NCBI GenBank assembly: GCA_963843375.1
Contig: CAWJKT010000014.1
Location: forward strand, 96,001 to 160,000
DNA length: 64,000 nt
Direction: 5' to 3'
Source of the DNA: an uncultured Pseudomonadota bacterium
GTDB lineage: Bacteria; Oederibacteriota; Muellerivitia; Muellerivitales; Muellerivitaceae
Shown here: in pieces, positions 50,001 to 58,927 of the stretch
How the letters are laid out: the number at the start of each line of letters is the position of its first letter
Numbering within the stretch: position 1 is the first letter of the stretch
Made by a program: the position numbers and the translations under genes
The notes under the pieces: generated by a model
Database searches by the model: none
Seen by the model: only the letters and a program-made list of their open reading frames with translations
Told to the model about the DNA's origin: nothing

Positions 50001-50476
50001 TAGGCGCATCGGTTACACCCTCTCAATTGAACATCCTATTGAGTAATGGGACCACGATCATTTGGGACGGGAAGAGCGATAGCGGAAGTTTCGTACAAAA
50101 TGGTGTGTATCTCGTGGAAGTCCAAGCTGGCACGGGCACTGGGGCTCTTATAGTCCAGCAGGTATCGGTAGAGGGCAACAACAGCTCCTCGGGAGCAGGA
50201 GTGGTGACGGCTTGGCCAAACGTCTTGAACGGTTCTATTGGCCCCATGGTAACGACATTACACACGAACTCCTCTTTAAGCCTAACTTTGAAGGCCTCCA
50301 TTTACACGGTAGCGGGTGAACTCGTCCACGTGATTGAGGGAAGCCCAGGAAGTAATCAAGTCGTGTGGAATGGTGCCGGAGTGGCTAGCGGGGTCTATTT
50401 AGCTCAAGTGGATGAATTTGATGCGAATGGGGGACTGCTGAACCGACAGGTAATCAAAATCGCCGTGATTCGTTAA
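47084..50476 (+). CDS. Secreted protein with Cys-rich N-domain, DUF11 repeats, ~330-aa Thr/Pro stalk and tandem FlgD-Ig-like C-terminal domains
   Basis: Signal peptide, DCDAGGHYGFGY, PGEVIDYTLTYKN/DTIPTG and DTLPDY DUF11 motifs, YNEAGE...W(N/D)G twice plus AWPN...SGVY; start uncertain. Confidence 0.85.
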   Translation: MNRSSFRFAFLLCLYVLFFAGVGTGRAWTNGSFTAGLTGWATSFANPGLANGCGNPSATVVNATTASAVGTGVAPNTDGLLPDHPACSPDAVQLWPSHGDANHGDWVQIEQTDTVPTNGDTCFTFYFAGVFENYHYLQGETANNSDAYMLVNMIVGGAVVATLNYSWETTLPQIIQLTNAQVPAVGDGTVCDIDGTPNNWGYVPWTQYTINLCKYAGQQVTFQAIFYDCDAGGHYGFGYISCLNWESCPPPAMTITKTNVPSGLVSPGEVIDYTLTYKNNGTGPADGVVINDTIPTGTTLVAGSITSNPIAFFTSEVGNDIVWDVGYVAAGASGTLSFQVTAPDSKCVTFTNVAQETDLTVACGTTPPQSNPVTNWLGGCTPTPSPTYTASDTATATNTKTPSPTYTASDTTTSTASPTNTKTATYTPTPTNTNTDTVTPTNTPSVTNTPTPTNTKTNTVTPTNTPTNTNTPTPTNTPLPTNTPTNTSTSTEIFTSTSTNTSTYTNTPTNTSTGTNTSTNTVMPTNTPTLTNTSTPTNTPTSTNTPINTIISTVVVAPSNTPTNPTPINTIISTVVTGPSNTPTVDPTPINTIVSTIVSAPTNTPTIDPTPMNSFTVTETPTISDTPIFTNTTTFTYTSTNSFSPTNTSTESCTRTPTNTQVATNTKTATLTNTDTRTSTTTFTFTATPTLTLTPTPMSTVQVSMNKTVSSSTAVSGNILTYTLSLVVTGNMVSGVVVMDTLPDYVTYVGSGINNPSTLPTPVFQPTIGQLIWTLPPLNPGAYQLSYQTQVNNLVPGETQLINRAVMTYPGSGPVTSVAPVIVVGEYLVNIGVYNEAGELVEQLFSEELSQPIESIAFGASNTITAINSPGGAVTVYFADQPIAVWNGSNSVGNPVTNGTYLIKAENINNSNNMVTTTTLEAIVSRTLYQITVLIYNEAGEVVRHLYAYVSNPGETSVSNMSLSASMIAPSEIGASVTPSQLNILLSNGTTIIWDGKSDSGSFVQNGVYLVEVQAGTGTGALIVQQVSVEGNNSSSGAGVVTAWPNVLNGSIGPMVTTLHTNSSLSLTLKASIYTVAGELVHVIEGSPGSNQVVWNGAGVASGVYLAQVDEFDANGGLLNRQVIKIAVIR

Positions 50477-50606
50477 ATTCTTATGCTAAGAAAAAAAGTT
50501 TTATTGTTTCTGCTTTGATAATGGTGAGCTTTGCGAGGTTATCACTTGAAACAAATCAATCAGGTGTTTAATTTCTAAAAATCATTTAGAGAAAAAAGTC
50601 CAAACC

Positions 50607-50828
50607 TTGATATCTTATTTATCTCGTGACGAAATGGAAAGCGTATTGCGTGTCATGACGGATCGCTTATGGTGGTCGGAAAGCATCCTTAAGCAAGGTG
50701 CCTTTTCTGGACTGACTTTAAAGGATAACGAAAAACAGGATTTAACTATTTCTTGCCCAACTCTATCGCAAGAAGAGCTGGAAAGCCTTTTGGTTGTCAT
50801 ACTAGACGGTATATTTCTGTTAAATTAG
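50607..50828 (+). CDS. Small hypothetical protein
   Basis: 73-aa ORF filling intergenic gap; no motif recognised. Confidence 0.35.
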   Translation: MISYLSRDEMESVLRVMTDRLWWSESILKQGAFSGLTLKDNEKQDLTISCPTLSQEELESLLVVILDGIFLLN

Positions 50829-50846
50829 AGAAGAAACCGAACGACT

Positions 50847-52673
50847 TCATACAATAAGATTTGTTGCCTCATAAACTTTTACCGGTTCCGAAAATCCCTT
50901 TAGGGGAACAGGCTCCAAGGTTCGCATCTCCACGAGCCCCTTAAGCTTTCGGTACATGGAATCAGAAATTAAAACCTGGCCCGGGGCGGCTTTGGAGCAT
51001 AGCCGGGAAGCCAAGTTGACTTCCTCGCCAATGACCGTGTAATCGGTCCTTTTATCGCTTCCCAGGTTCCCCGACACCACCACCCCCGTATTGATGCCAA
51101 TTCCCATGGTAAGGGGAACCTGATTATTGGTCAGACGCTTCAGGTTGAGTTGTTTTAAAGCGGCTTGCATTTTCAAGGCGCATTTGACAGCTCTTAATTC
51201 CTTATCCTCGAAGGGCACAGGAGCCCCCCAAACCGCCATGAGGGCGTCCCCGATGAACTTGTCCAACGTTCCCTCGTGTTCAAAGACCACATCCACCATT
51301 TGGGTGAAGTACTCGTTGAGCTTGGCAACTAATTTTTCCGGGGCCATGTTCTCGCTGAAAGAAGTGAATCCCCGGATGTCGGTGAACATGATGGCGCATT
51401 CCCGTCTTTCGCCCGAAAGGGTCACTCCTCCCTCGGAGGAAAGAAGTTTTTTTGCCACTTGGGGAGCCACATACTTGCCAAGTAGATTTTTCACCCTTTC
51501 TTTTTCGCTTAAACCCACGATCATTTCATTAAAAGCTTGTCCCAATAGGCCCAATTCGTCCCGGCTTTTGAGATTCACCCTGACGTTCAAATTGCCCTGT
51601 CCGACTTCCTGAACTCCTTTTAAAAGGGTGTTGACGGGGGCGGTAATGCGCTGAGCGATAAAGAGGGCCATGCCAAAAGCAAAAACAGTGCCCAACAGAC
51701 CCAGGAATAGAATTGTTTGTTGGATGGTTTCCTGCACTGCCAGTGCCTTATCCTGGGACCTAAGTAAAACGTAATAACCTGGCTGGTCATTGTTGACGAC
51801 GACAAAAGGTGAGAAAAGACAAAGATAATTTTCATTGTTGAGTTTCACGCTCGCGTTAGTGGCGGCGTCCCCCGGGTTGGTTGGGGAAGAGATGGAAACC
51901 AGAGGGGCTAATGTCTGGGCTAGGGCGGGCATTTGTTGTAGGTTTTTGGTGGCGCCAAAGATTTTACTCGCCACGTTAAAGGTAATTTCACTGTCGGTCA
52001 TGCGGTTCATCCGGGCGGCTAAGTCGTCATCCAGGGCAAATCCTAATAGAAGGGTTCCTAAAACTCGTCCCCGGCTGGAGATAGGAACTGCCACGGTCTG
52101 GAACGCCAAGGAGGTTTCCGATACCTTCGGGTCGTCGGGTTTGAGGGTGTAAAGGAATCCTCCCCGGCTAGTATCCCCCGCCAGGGCCTTTTTGATGTTG
52201 GGCCAGTCGCCAGCGTACTCTTGCAAGGGTTTCTCTTTGGAGGGGTCCGGCTCGCGGCCCTGTAAAAGTGCGAGGTTTATTTCCGGGATGTGAAAACGGT
52301 CAAAAAGCACCCGGCCCGTCTGGTCGGTGACGATGAAAAGGGGAACCCCCACGGTACGATTCAAGTCCATGCAAAGTTCTGTAACAGTGGCCGCAATGGT
52401 ATCGAATTTCGGATCTTTCACGTCCAAAGCGGCGGTTAAACGGGGCAATCCTGCAATAAGGAAAGCTTTTTCAGCCAAATTGTCCGATCTTTCCCGCACG
52501 AAGCTGTTGAAAACAACATTGGTCCTGTCGAGATCCGATTTCAAGGCGTCAATACCGATGGGGTGAAGGCGTGCGTTGAGGGCAACTAGAACACTACCCA
52601 TGAGAACCGCCACTAAAAGTACCACTGCTAAAAGCAACTTGTCGCGAAGACGGATGAAAATAGGACTTCTCAT
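50847..52673 (-). CDS. Membrane class III adenylate cyclase with periplasmic (Cache-like) and HAMP domains
   Basis: FTDIRGFT, DKFIGD, GINTG, DYTVIGEEVNLASRL (K/D purine residues indicate ATP); DELGLLGQAFNEM HAMP. Confidence 0.92.
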   Translation of the reverse strand: MRSPIFIRLRDKLLLAVVLLVAVLMGSVLVALNARLHPIGIDALKSDLDRTNVVFNSFVRERSDNLAEKAFLIAGLPRLTAALDVKDPKFDTIAATVTELCMDLNRTVGVPLFIVTDQTGRVLFDRFHIPEINLALLQGREPDPSKEKPLQEYAGDWPNIKKALAGDTSRGGFLYTLKPDDPKVSETSLAFQTVAVPISSRGRVLGTLLLGFALDDDLAARMNRMTDSEITFNVASKIFGATKNLQQMPALAQTLAPLVSISSPTNPGDAATNASVKLNNENYLCLFSPFVVVNNDQPGYYVLLRSQDKALAVQETIQQTILFLGLLGTVFAFGMALFIAQRITAPVNTLLKGVQEVGQGNLNVRVNLKSRDELGLLGQAFNEMIVGLSEKERVKNLLGKYVAPQVAKKLLSSEGGVTLSGERRECAIMFTDIRGFTSFSENMAPEKLVAKLNEYFTQMVDVVFEHEGTLDKFIGDALMAVWGAPVPFEDKELRAVKCALKMQAALKQLNLKRLTNNQVPLTMGIGINTGVVVSGNLGSDKRTDYTVIGEEVNLASRLCSKAAPGQVLISDSMYRKLKGLVEMRTLEPVPLKGFSEPVKVYEATNLIV

Positions 52674-53413
52674 TTTCTTACCTTGCTTAAAATGAGATTG
52701 ACCTTTTTCGTTCTGCCGGATTTAACCGTCACTATGGAGTCAACGGGCTGCCAAAAATCGTGCCAGGCTTCCAAGGTATAGGTGCCTGGAGGAATACCCT
52801 TTATACGGAAAGGTTCTCCTGGTGTTACCACGGTGAAAAATGGATTTTGCAAGACCAAAATGTTGCTGGTCATCTTCGGGTGGATTTCACAATAAAGTTT
52901 TACCGGAATTTCAACATGGCTGAAGGTTACGGACTTGGTCTCGCCATTTTTGCGGCGTCCTAGATCAAACTTTGGATTTTCCTCGGAGTTGGAAAAAACA
53001 TTATGATAAATGGGGTCGTGATTGGTGAAATCCACGGTTGTTCCGGCCAAGACGGGAAGGACATGGTGAGTAAACCGAGTAAATTTTTGATCCAATTTTG
53101 CGTGTGTATGGGGGGCATCCCAGTGACCGGGAACCTTCTGGAGGTAAACCACTATTTCTTCGGGCAGGGGTGGGGCTTTAGGTAAAGTCTGGCTGTTGTT
53201 ATTGGAACCTCCGTAATCATCGTAGCCGTCTGAAGAGGAATTGTCCTCATCCATTGCATCATGGGTTTCGACTTCCTTGCGGGCGGGAGCGGTCACGCTG
53301 ATGGTGCCTTCGAGAATCCCCGTGGAATGGGCCCAAAGCGGGCCATAGGATACTGTCGCAAGGGCTAAAAGGCTCCAAAAGGTGATGGAACGTTTTTGAA
53401 TCGAGCCTTTCAT
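52670..53413 (-). CDS. Exported cupredoxin-like / carboxypeptidase-regulatory-like domain protein
   Basis: Signal peptide, LDQK...F.NHDPIYHNVFS, YCEIHPKM, PPGTYTLEAWH. Confidence 0.8.
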   Translation of the reverse strand: MKGSIQKRSITFWSLLALATVSYGPLWAHSTGILEGTISVTAPARKEVETHDAMDEDNSSSDGYDDYGGSNNNSQTLPKAPPLPEEIVVYLQKVPGHWDAPHTHAKLDQKFTRFTHHVLPVLAGTTVDFTNHDPIYHNVFSNSEENPKFDLGRRKNGETKSVTFSHVEIPVKLYCEIHPKMTSNILVLQNPFFTVVTPGEPFRIKGIPPGTYTLEAWHDFWQPVDSIVTVKSGRTKKVNLILSKVRK

Positions 53414-53581
53414 GAACTCCCCCTAATGGATTGATTAAAGGCATTTCATTATAGTGGAAAGAAGATAGTTAATGTTACAGCCGATTAAAAAGCCGACCAG
53501 ATTATATAGAAGGAAGTGGAAGTGGTTTCCCTGTCTCAAAACCCTAAGAATGACGAGTTCAGTAACTGGAAGATATAGCTT

Positions 53582-54811
53582 TTAGAATTTAACGTCGACT
53601 TCAGTGGCTAGAGTGTAGCGGTTGGTTCCGGGGCTCGGGTCTATCCCGATGGCAGGTTGGATGAGGGTGATCCAATCATTGTCCCCCTCTATTTTAAAAA
53701 TGGTGTTCTTGCCCAGCTTGTAACCGAGGGCAATGCCGGCACGGGAAAAGGATTCGACGTCGTAGCCAAATTCGGTCGCATTATCGTAATCTCCGCCGAA
53801 CATATAACCTTCATTCTCGTCGAATGTGCCAATGGCACTATAACGGCCGCAAATATAAAGCTCCCTTGTAAAATCAAACTTCGCTTCCCCGAAATAATAG
53901 GTTAGGGTGCGGGCAAAGGGAGCAACATCATTAATATAAACCATTCCAAAGTCGCCCTTCAATTGGAGGGGGCCTAATTTGATACGGCCGTCACCCTGCC
54001 AAGCCTGGAAATCCACCATGGCGCTGGGACTCACGCCCAAGACGGAAGGACTAACTATGGAACCAACTGGCGTAATGTCGACGCTGTCAAAGTTCAAGTT
54101 GGACGCGGCATGGTTTCCGCCATTCATGCCACTTAAAGCGAAATGGAGCCAGTTGGTGGGATTGAAAGTTATCTTGGCATTTAGGGACTTGTCGGTGCTG
54201 TCGTCGTGGTCTAAGAAGGGTGTCGCCAAACCGTCGGTAATCGAAGCTTGCCAGCCTATTGAACCCGAATGGCCGAAGATCAGGACGCCCTGGCTGAAAC
54301 CCCATGGCCATTCGGCGGTTCTCAAGATCATCGGGTTATTGATGGGATATTGCCACAAATACTCATCTCCATAAGGGAGATCGATTCGGCCCACCCGGAG
54401 GGATAAGAGGTTTCCGGTCTGAAGGGGATCCTTGAATTGAACGTAGAGGTCCTTCAAGGTAACCGCTTGGTTGTAAAGAAAAAGCTCGTTGTAGACTGAA
54501 ATGTCATTGTCCACTTGGGCGTTTAGGAAGAGGCCGGCCCCGAAGAGCCTTTCCCCAGCGTAAAAATGCCCATCGGTTTCAGATCCACTCGATCCTGTTT
54601 TCACGTAACCCGCATTGGTAAACCCGCTGAGCTTAAAGTTGTCCGTCCATTGACCTGTTGAGTCATTGGAGGTGGCGACAGGGGTGCCCTGATTGAGCTG
54701 ATTGTCTCCACCTTCGCCGGTGGAGGACTGTCCCCAAAGAGGGACGCTCAGTGGAAAAAGGGAAAGAAAAAAGCAAAAAGGAAAAAGGCGGCTGATTTTG
54801 AAATTTTCCAT
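53582..54811 (-). CDS. Outer-membrane porin-like beta-barrel
   Basis: Signal peptide after GGAGG RBS, LRVGRIDLPYG, beta-strand pattern, C-terminal VDVKF. Confidence 0.75.
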   Translation of the reverse strand: MENFKISRLFPFCFFLSLFPLSVPLWGQSSTGEGGDNQLNQGTPVATSNDSTGQWTDNFKLSGFTNAGYVKTGSSGSETDGHFYAGERLFGAGLFLNAQVDNDISVYNELFLYNQAVTLKDLYVQFKDPLQTGNLLSLRVGRIDLPYGDEYLWQYPINNPMILRTAEWPWGFSQGVLIFGHSGSIGWQASITDGLATPFLDHDDSTDKSLNAKITFNPTNWLHFALSGMNGGNHAASNLNFDSVDITPVGSIVSPSVLGVSPSAMVDFQAWQGDGRIKLGPLQLKGDFGMVYINDVAPFARTLTYYFGEAKFDFTRELYICGRYSAIGTFDENEGYMFGGDYDNATEFGYDVESFSRAGIALGYKLGKNTIFKIEGDNDWITLIQPAIGIDPSPGTNRYTLATEVDVKF

Positions 54812-55092
54812 CCTTTTGAAGCCTCCGTAATCTGACCTGGTAGTGGTATAGTCCCAGTCTTTATTCAGCAAAAACCTGGGCAATTCGCAGGTTAATTATA
54901 TTGTCTTTAATCCACTTTCTCTATTCTGTTCCTTGTTAAAAATCCCCATTCTGTTATTAGGATATTTTTTAAAAAGGCGCGGGGAGATGTCCATTTATCA
55001 GACTTTTTTACCTTCAAGTTATAAAAGCTGGGGTGGTTTTTTGCTTTATCTACTATATAATTCTCCCGCCTTTATCTTTCCTTGGAGAAATT

Positions 55093-56619
55093 ATGTTTTC
55101 AGTGGATTCGACATCAAAAAAATATTTGGCTCTGGCCCGCCTTCTTTTTTGTTAGGAACGGCCATGGGCTGGTCTCAAACCTCCGGAAGTTCAACTGATT
55201 TCAATCTGCCGGTCGTGGAAAAGGTCCTGAAGAACGGTCTTCGGGTTTTGATCGTCGAACGCCCCGGCGTCCCCGTCGTTTCCTTCTCTTTCATGATGCC
55301 CGTGGGGGCGCAGGACGCGCCTAAAGGCAAGACAGGGCTTCCCCACATGCTGGAACACATGATGTTCAAGGGTACGGAAACCATCGGCACCAAGGATTAC
55401 CAGAAGGAAAAGCCCATACTCGAACAAATGGACCGGGTGGCGGTGGAGATGAACGAGGAAAAGGCCAAGCTGGAGCCTTCCCCGGACCAGTTGAAGAAAT
55501 TGGCGGAGGAAATGAAACAACTCGAGGAGAAACACCACATGGTCGTGGTGAAAGACGAGCTTTCCTCCATCTATACCCTTAATGGTGGACAGAGCTTGAA
55601 CGCCTGGACCAGCCAGGACGTGACCGATTATCACATCACCCTGCCCGTCAATAAGGTCTTGCTTTACGCCACGGTCGAGAAAGACCGTTTAAGCCACCCG
55701 GTGTTCCGTGAGTTTTATTCCGAAAGAAACGTGGTGGCCCAGGAGCGCCGGTGGCGAACCGAATCCAGCCCCGAGGGGAAACTGGACGAGGCCTTGGAAT
55801 CCACGGCTTTCATGGCGAGCCCTTATCGTGATCCGGCTATCGGCTGGATGTCGGATATTTTCAAGCTGACCCGGCCCGACGCAGTGGCCTTTTACCGGCA
55901 AACTTATCGCCCCGACCGGGGTGTCTTGGCGATCGTGGGAGGAATTAAGGCCGCCGAAATCATTCCCGATCCTGGAAAAGACATTGGGAACCGTACCTAA
56001 TCCTAAAGTTGCCCCTCTCAAGCAGGATTGGACCCAGGAACCTCCACAAGAAGGACAAAAGACTGTCCATGTTCAATTCGATTCCGATCCCATCGTCATG
56101 ATGGGCTGGCACATGCCCAACTTCCCCCACAAAGATTCCGTCGCCCTGGATGTTCTCTCGACCATCCTGACGACGGGTAATACCTCCCGCCTCACGAAAG
56201 ACCTGATTTTCTCCAAAAAAATGGTGACTTCGATTTCGGCTTCCACGGGTTATCCCGGCGACCGGAGTCCGAATCTTTTCACGATGGAGTTTACCCCTGC
56301 GCCTAAACAAGATTCGGATGCGGTGATTGCGGCCATTGACGGGGAAATCGCCGATATTCAAGCCAAAGGAGTTCTGCCTGAAGAATTGGAAAGGGCCCGA
56401 CGAAACGCGGAATCTACCTTCCTTTGGGGAAAAACCTCTACTTCGGGTTTGGCCCAGGACTTAGCTTATAACCAGGCGGTACATGGGGATTGGCGTTATC
56501 TGGTGAAATACCTTGAGATGGTTCGTGCACTTACCTCCAAAGACATACAAGACGTTGCCAATCAATACCTAGTTTCCAAGAACCGGACGATTGCTTACCT
56601 TGAAAGGTCCGCCAAATGA
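55093..56619 (+). CDS. M16B zinc peptidase, catalytic subunit (frameshifts at ~55137 and ~55965)
   Basis: HMLEHMMFKG (HXXEH), NAWTSQD, ERNVVAQER; removing one C at each site gives signal peptide MFSVDSTSKKYLALAAFFFLLG and IIPILEKTLG junction. Confidence 0.85.
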
Positions 56620-58037
56620 GAAACCCAGTCATCCGGTGTTTTGTTTTCTCGGTAGCTCTTTTATTTTGCGGTGAAAATAATAATGTTTTCGCAAAACCTC
56701 CAATTGTTCCGGAAACGGCTCCGTTGGAGATCCCAATACCCCATTTTGACGTCAAGACGCTTTCTTGCGGTTTAAAAGTTTTATTTTTAAAAAATGACGA
56801 GATGCCCTTGGTGTCCGTCAACCTTTCGGTTCCGGGTGGGGATTCGATGGATCCGGAAGGGAAGGAGGGGTTGGTGGCCCTGATGAACGCGACAATGCGC
56901 GATGGGGGAGCTGGAAATCTTTCTCCCGAGGAATTTGATGAAGCATTAGAAAATCGCGCCGCTTCTATGACGGCTTCAGCCGACCACGAATCCTTCACAG
57001 CTGGATTTAATTGCCTGGCGGGCGACTTTTCAGAAATCCTCAAGCTTTTCGCCGATATGGTGCTTCATCCCCGGTTTGATTTAAAACGCATGGAAACCTC
57101 CCGATTGGACGCCATCGACGGCCTCCAGCGCCTGGAAGGGACGCCCGATGAATTAACCCGTGTCACTTTTGTGAAGGCCTTGTTCAGCGATAGTCCCTAT
57201 GGTCGGTGGGCCAGCCCCGCCAGCGTCCAAAAAATCACGCGGGATGACATGGTGAGCTATTACCAAAGTCATTACGGGCCCCAGGGTTCGGTTTTGACGG
57301 TCGCCGGAAACTTTGATGAAGCAGAGGTTTTGAAACAGTTGGAATCCCTCTTCTCGGATTGGAAAAAACAAGAGGCTGTTCCCTCAATGGCCGATTCGAA
57401 ACCCTTAGGGCCGACCATTTATTTCTTCCCGAAGGACGTAAGCCAGGTATTCATTCGTTATGGAGTCCTGGGATTGAAACGTCATGATCCCCGGGATATT
57501 CCTCTTCAGGTGGCTAATTACATTCTTGGCGGATCGGGCTTTACCTCCCGTCTAATGCATCAAATTCGTTCGGATCGAGGCTTGGCTTATTTCGTGGACA
57601 GCGTTGTGTTGCCCTATAACATTAAGGGTTTGTTTGAAGTTATCGGCGGTACTCGGCCTGATTCCGTAAAAGAGTTTCTCACAGTTATGTTTCAAGTGCT
57701 GGGGGATTTCGCTAAGGATGGTCCAACCCAAGAAGAGTTGGCCCAGGCCCAGCGGTCCATGGTGGAAGAATTTGCCTATAACTTCGAGTCGCCTTACACC
57801 TTGGCGACCTTCAAAGCGTCCCTGGATTTTCACGGCTACCCAGACGATTATCTTTCCACCTACCGTAAACAGGTGAAGGATGTCACTCGGGAAGAAGCTA
57901 CCCGGGCCGCTAGCGATATTCTTTCCGAAAAGGAATGGGTCTTGGTGGTTTGCGGTCCCGCGGCTTTGGAACCGGAATTGTCCAACTTTGGAAAAGTCGT
58001 CAAAGTGAACAACATCTTTGAACCCCTTGGGAAATAA
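56616..58037 (+). CDS. M16B peptidase non-catalytic partner subunit
   Basis: No HXXEH; ILGGSGFTSRL...IRSDRGLAY motif; ATGA overlap. Confidence 0.88.
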   Translation: MRNPVIRCFVFSVALLFCGENNNVFAKPPIVPETAPLEIPIPHFDVKTLSCGLKVLFLKNDEMPLVSVNLSVPGGDSMDPEGKEGLVALMNATMRDGGAGNLSPEEFDEALENRAASMTASADHESFTAGFNCLAGDFSEILKLFADMVLHPRFDLKRMETSRLDAIDGLQRLEGTPDELTRVTFVKALFSDSPYGRWASPASVQKITRDDMVSYYQSHYGPQGSVLTVAGNFDEAEVLKQLESLFSDWKKQEAVPSMADSKPLGPTIYFFPKDVSQVFIRYGVLGLKRHDPRDIPLQVANYILGGSGFTSRLMHQIRSDRGLAYFVDSVVLPYNIKGLFEVIGGTRPDSVKEFLTVMFQVLGDFAKDGPTQEELAQAQRSMVEEFAYNFESPYTLATFKASLDFHGYPDDYLSTYRKQVKDVTREEATRAASDILSEKEWVLVVCGPAALEPELSNFGKVVKVNNIFEPLGK

Positions 58038-58090
58038 GCCCTTTTCAAATTAACCCTAATTCATTAAAATCAGCGTCCTTCAAAGGTAGT

Positions 58091-58165
58091 GGCCCCATCG
58101 TCTAACGGTTAGGACGGATGGTTCTCAGCCATTAAATCGGGGTTCGATTCCCCGTGGGGCTACCA
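58091..58165 (+). tRNA. tRNA-Glu (anticodon CTC)
   Basis: GGCCCCA/TGGGGCT acceptor, GATGG-TTCTCAG-CCATT anticodon arm, GGTTCGATTCC, encoded CCA. Confidence 0.95.
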
Positions 58166-58927
58166 TTATTTTGAAGCCGGGTAATGATTTTGGAAGGTGA
58201 GAGCTCTAAATCTAATCCTGATCTAACGTTCTTTCCTTGGATTAAGGGTTCTCTTAATAAATAGTTTCTTCATTTTGCCCACTTTTTAAATCCTACGTGT
58301 CGTTACCCTAGTTGGTCATATATATAGATAGAAATAGCAAAATTTTGACCGATTTTTTTCCTTAGTCTTCCTTTTGATCTAAATTTTATTCTAAAACAAT
58401 ATATTTTGAAGGTCTTTTTTAAAGTCTCCCCTCATTTACACTTATTAAGACATGATATTTAAACCTGATTTTGACTAGGTTACGCTTGGAATAGTTAGTT
58501 GAATAACCAAAAAAAGCTTGTTAATTCCTCTTGTTACACTTCGGTCGAAGCATAATGGCTATAACTAAGATTCCAATCTATTTTTGATCTAATATTTTTG
58601 TTCTAATCTCATTTTGAGCCATTACCGCTTGGGTTAAAAACGCGTTAAGTAACCGTTATCCACGACGAGGCCCGGATTGGATTGAAAGTGTAGAATGCTG
58701 ACTCTGATTCGTAGGTTGAATTACTGATAGAGACACACTTTGGCGCAATGAAATTAACCCTTTTTGGGTGGGTTTGGAGATGGTTATTATTTTTGGGTTC
58801 TTTATTGCAATTCCTGTCAGGATCAATCAGAATCCCGCTCAAGTTTTTAAAGAAGACCGTTGCCGCGGTCCGGCGATCATTAAATTAAATTCATTGGTTT
58901 GAGTTTTAACTTAATCGGGTGTTCGAA

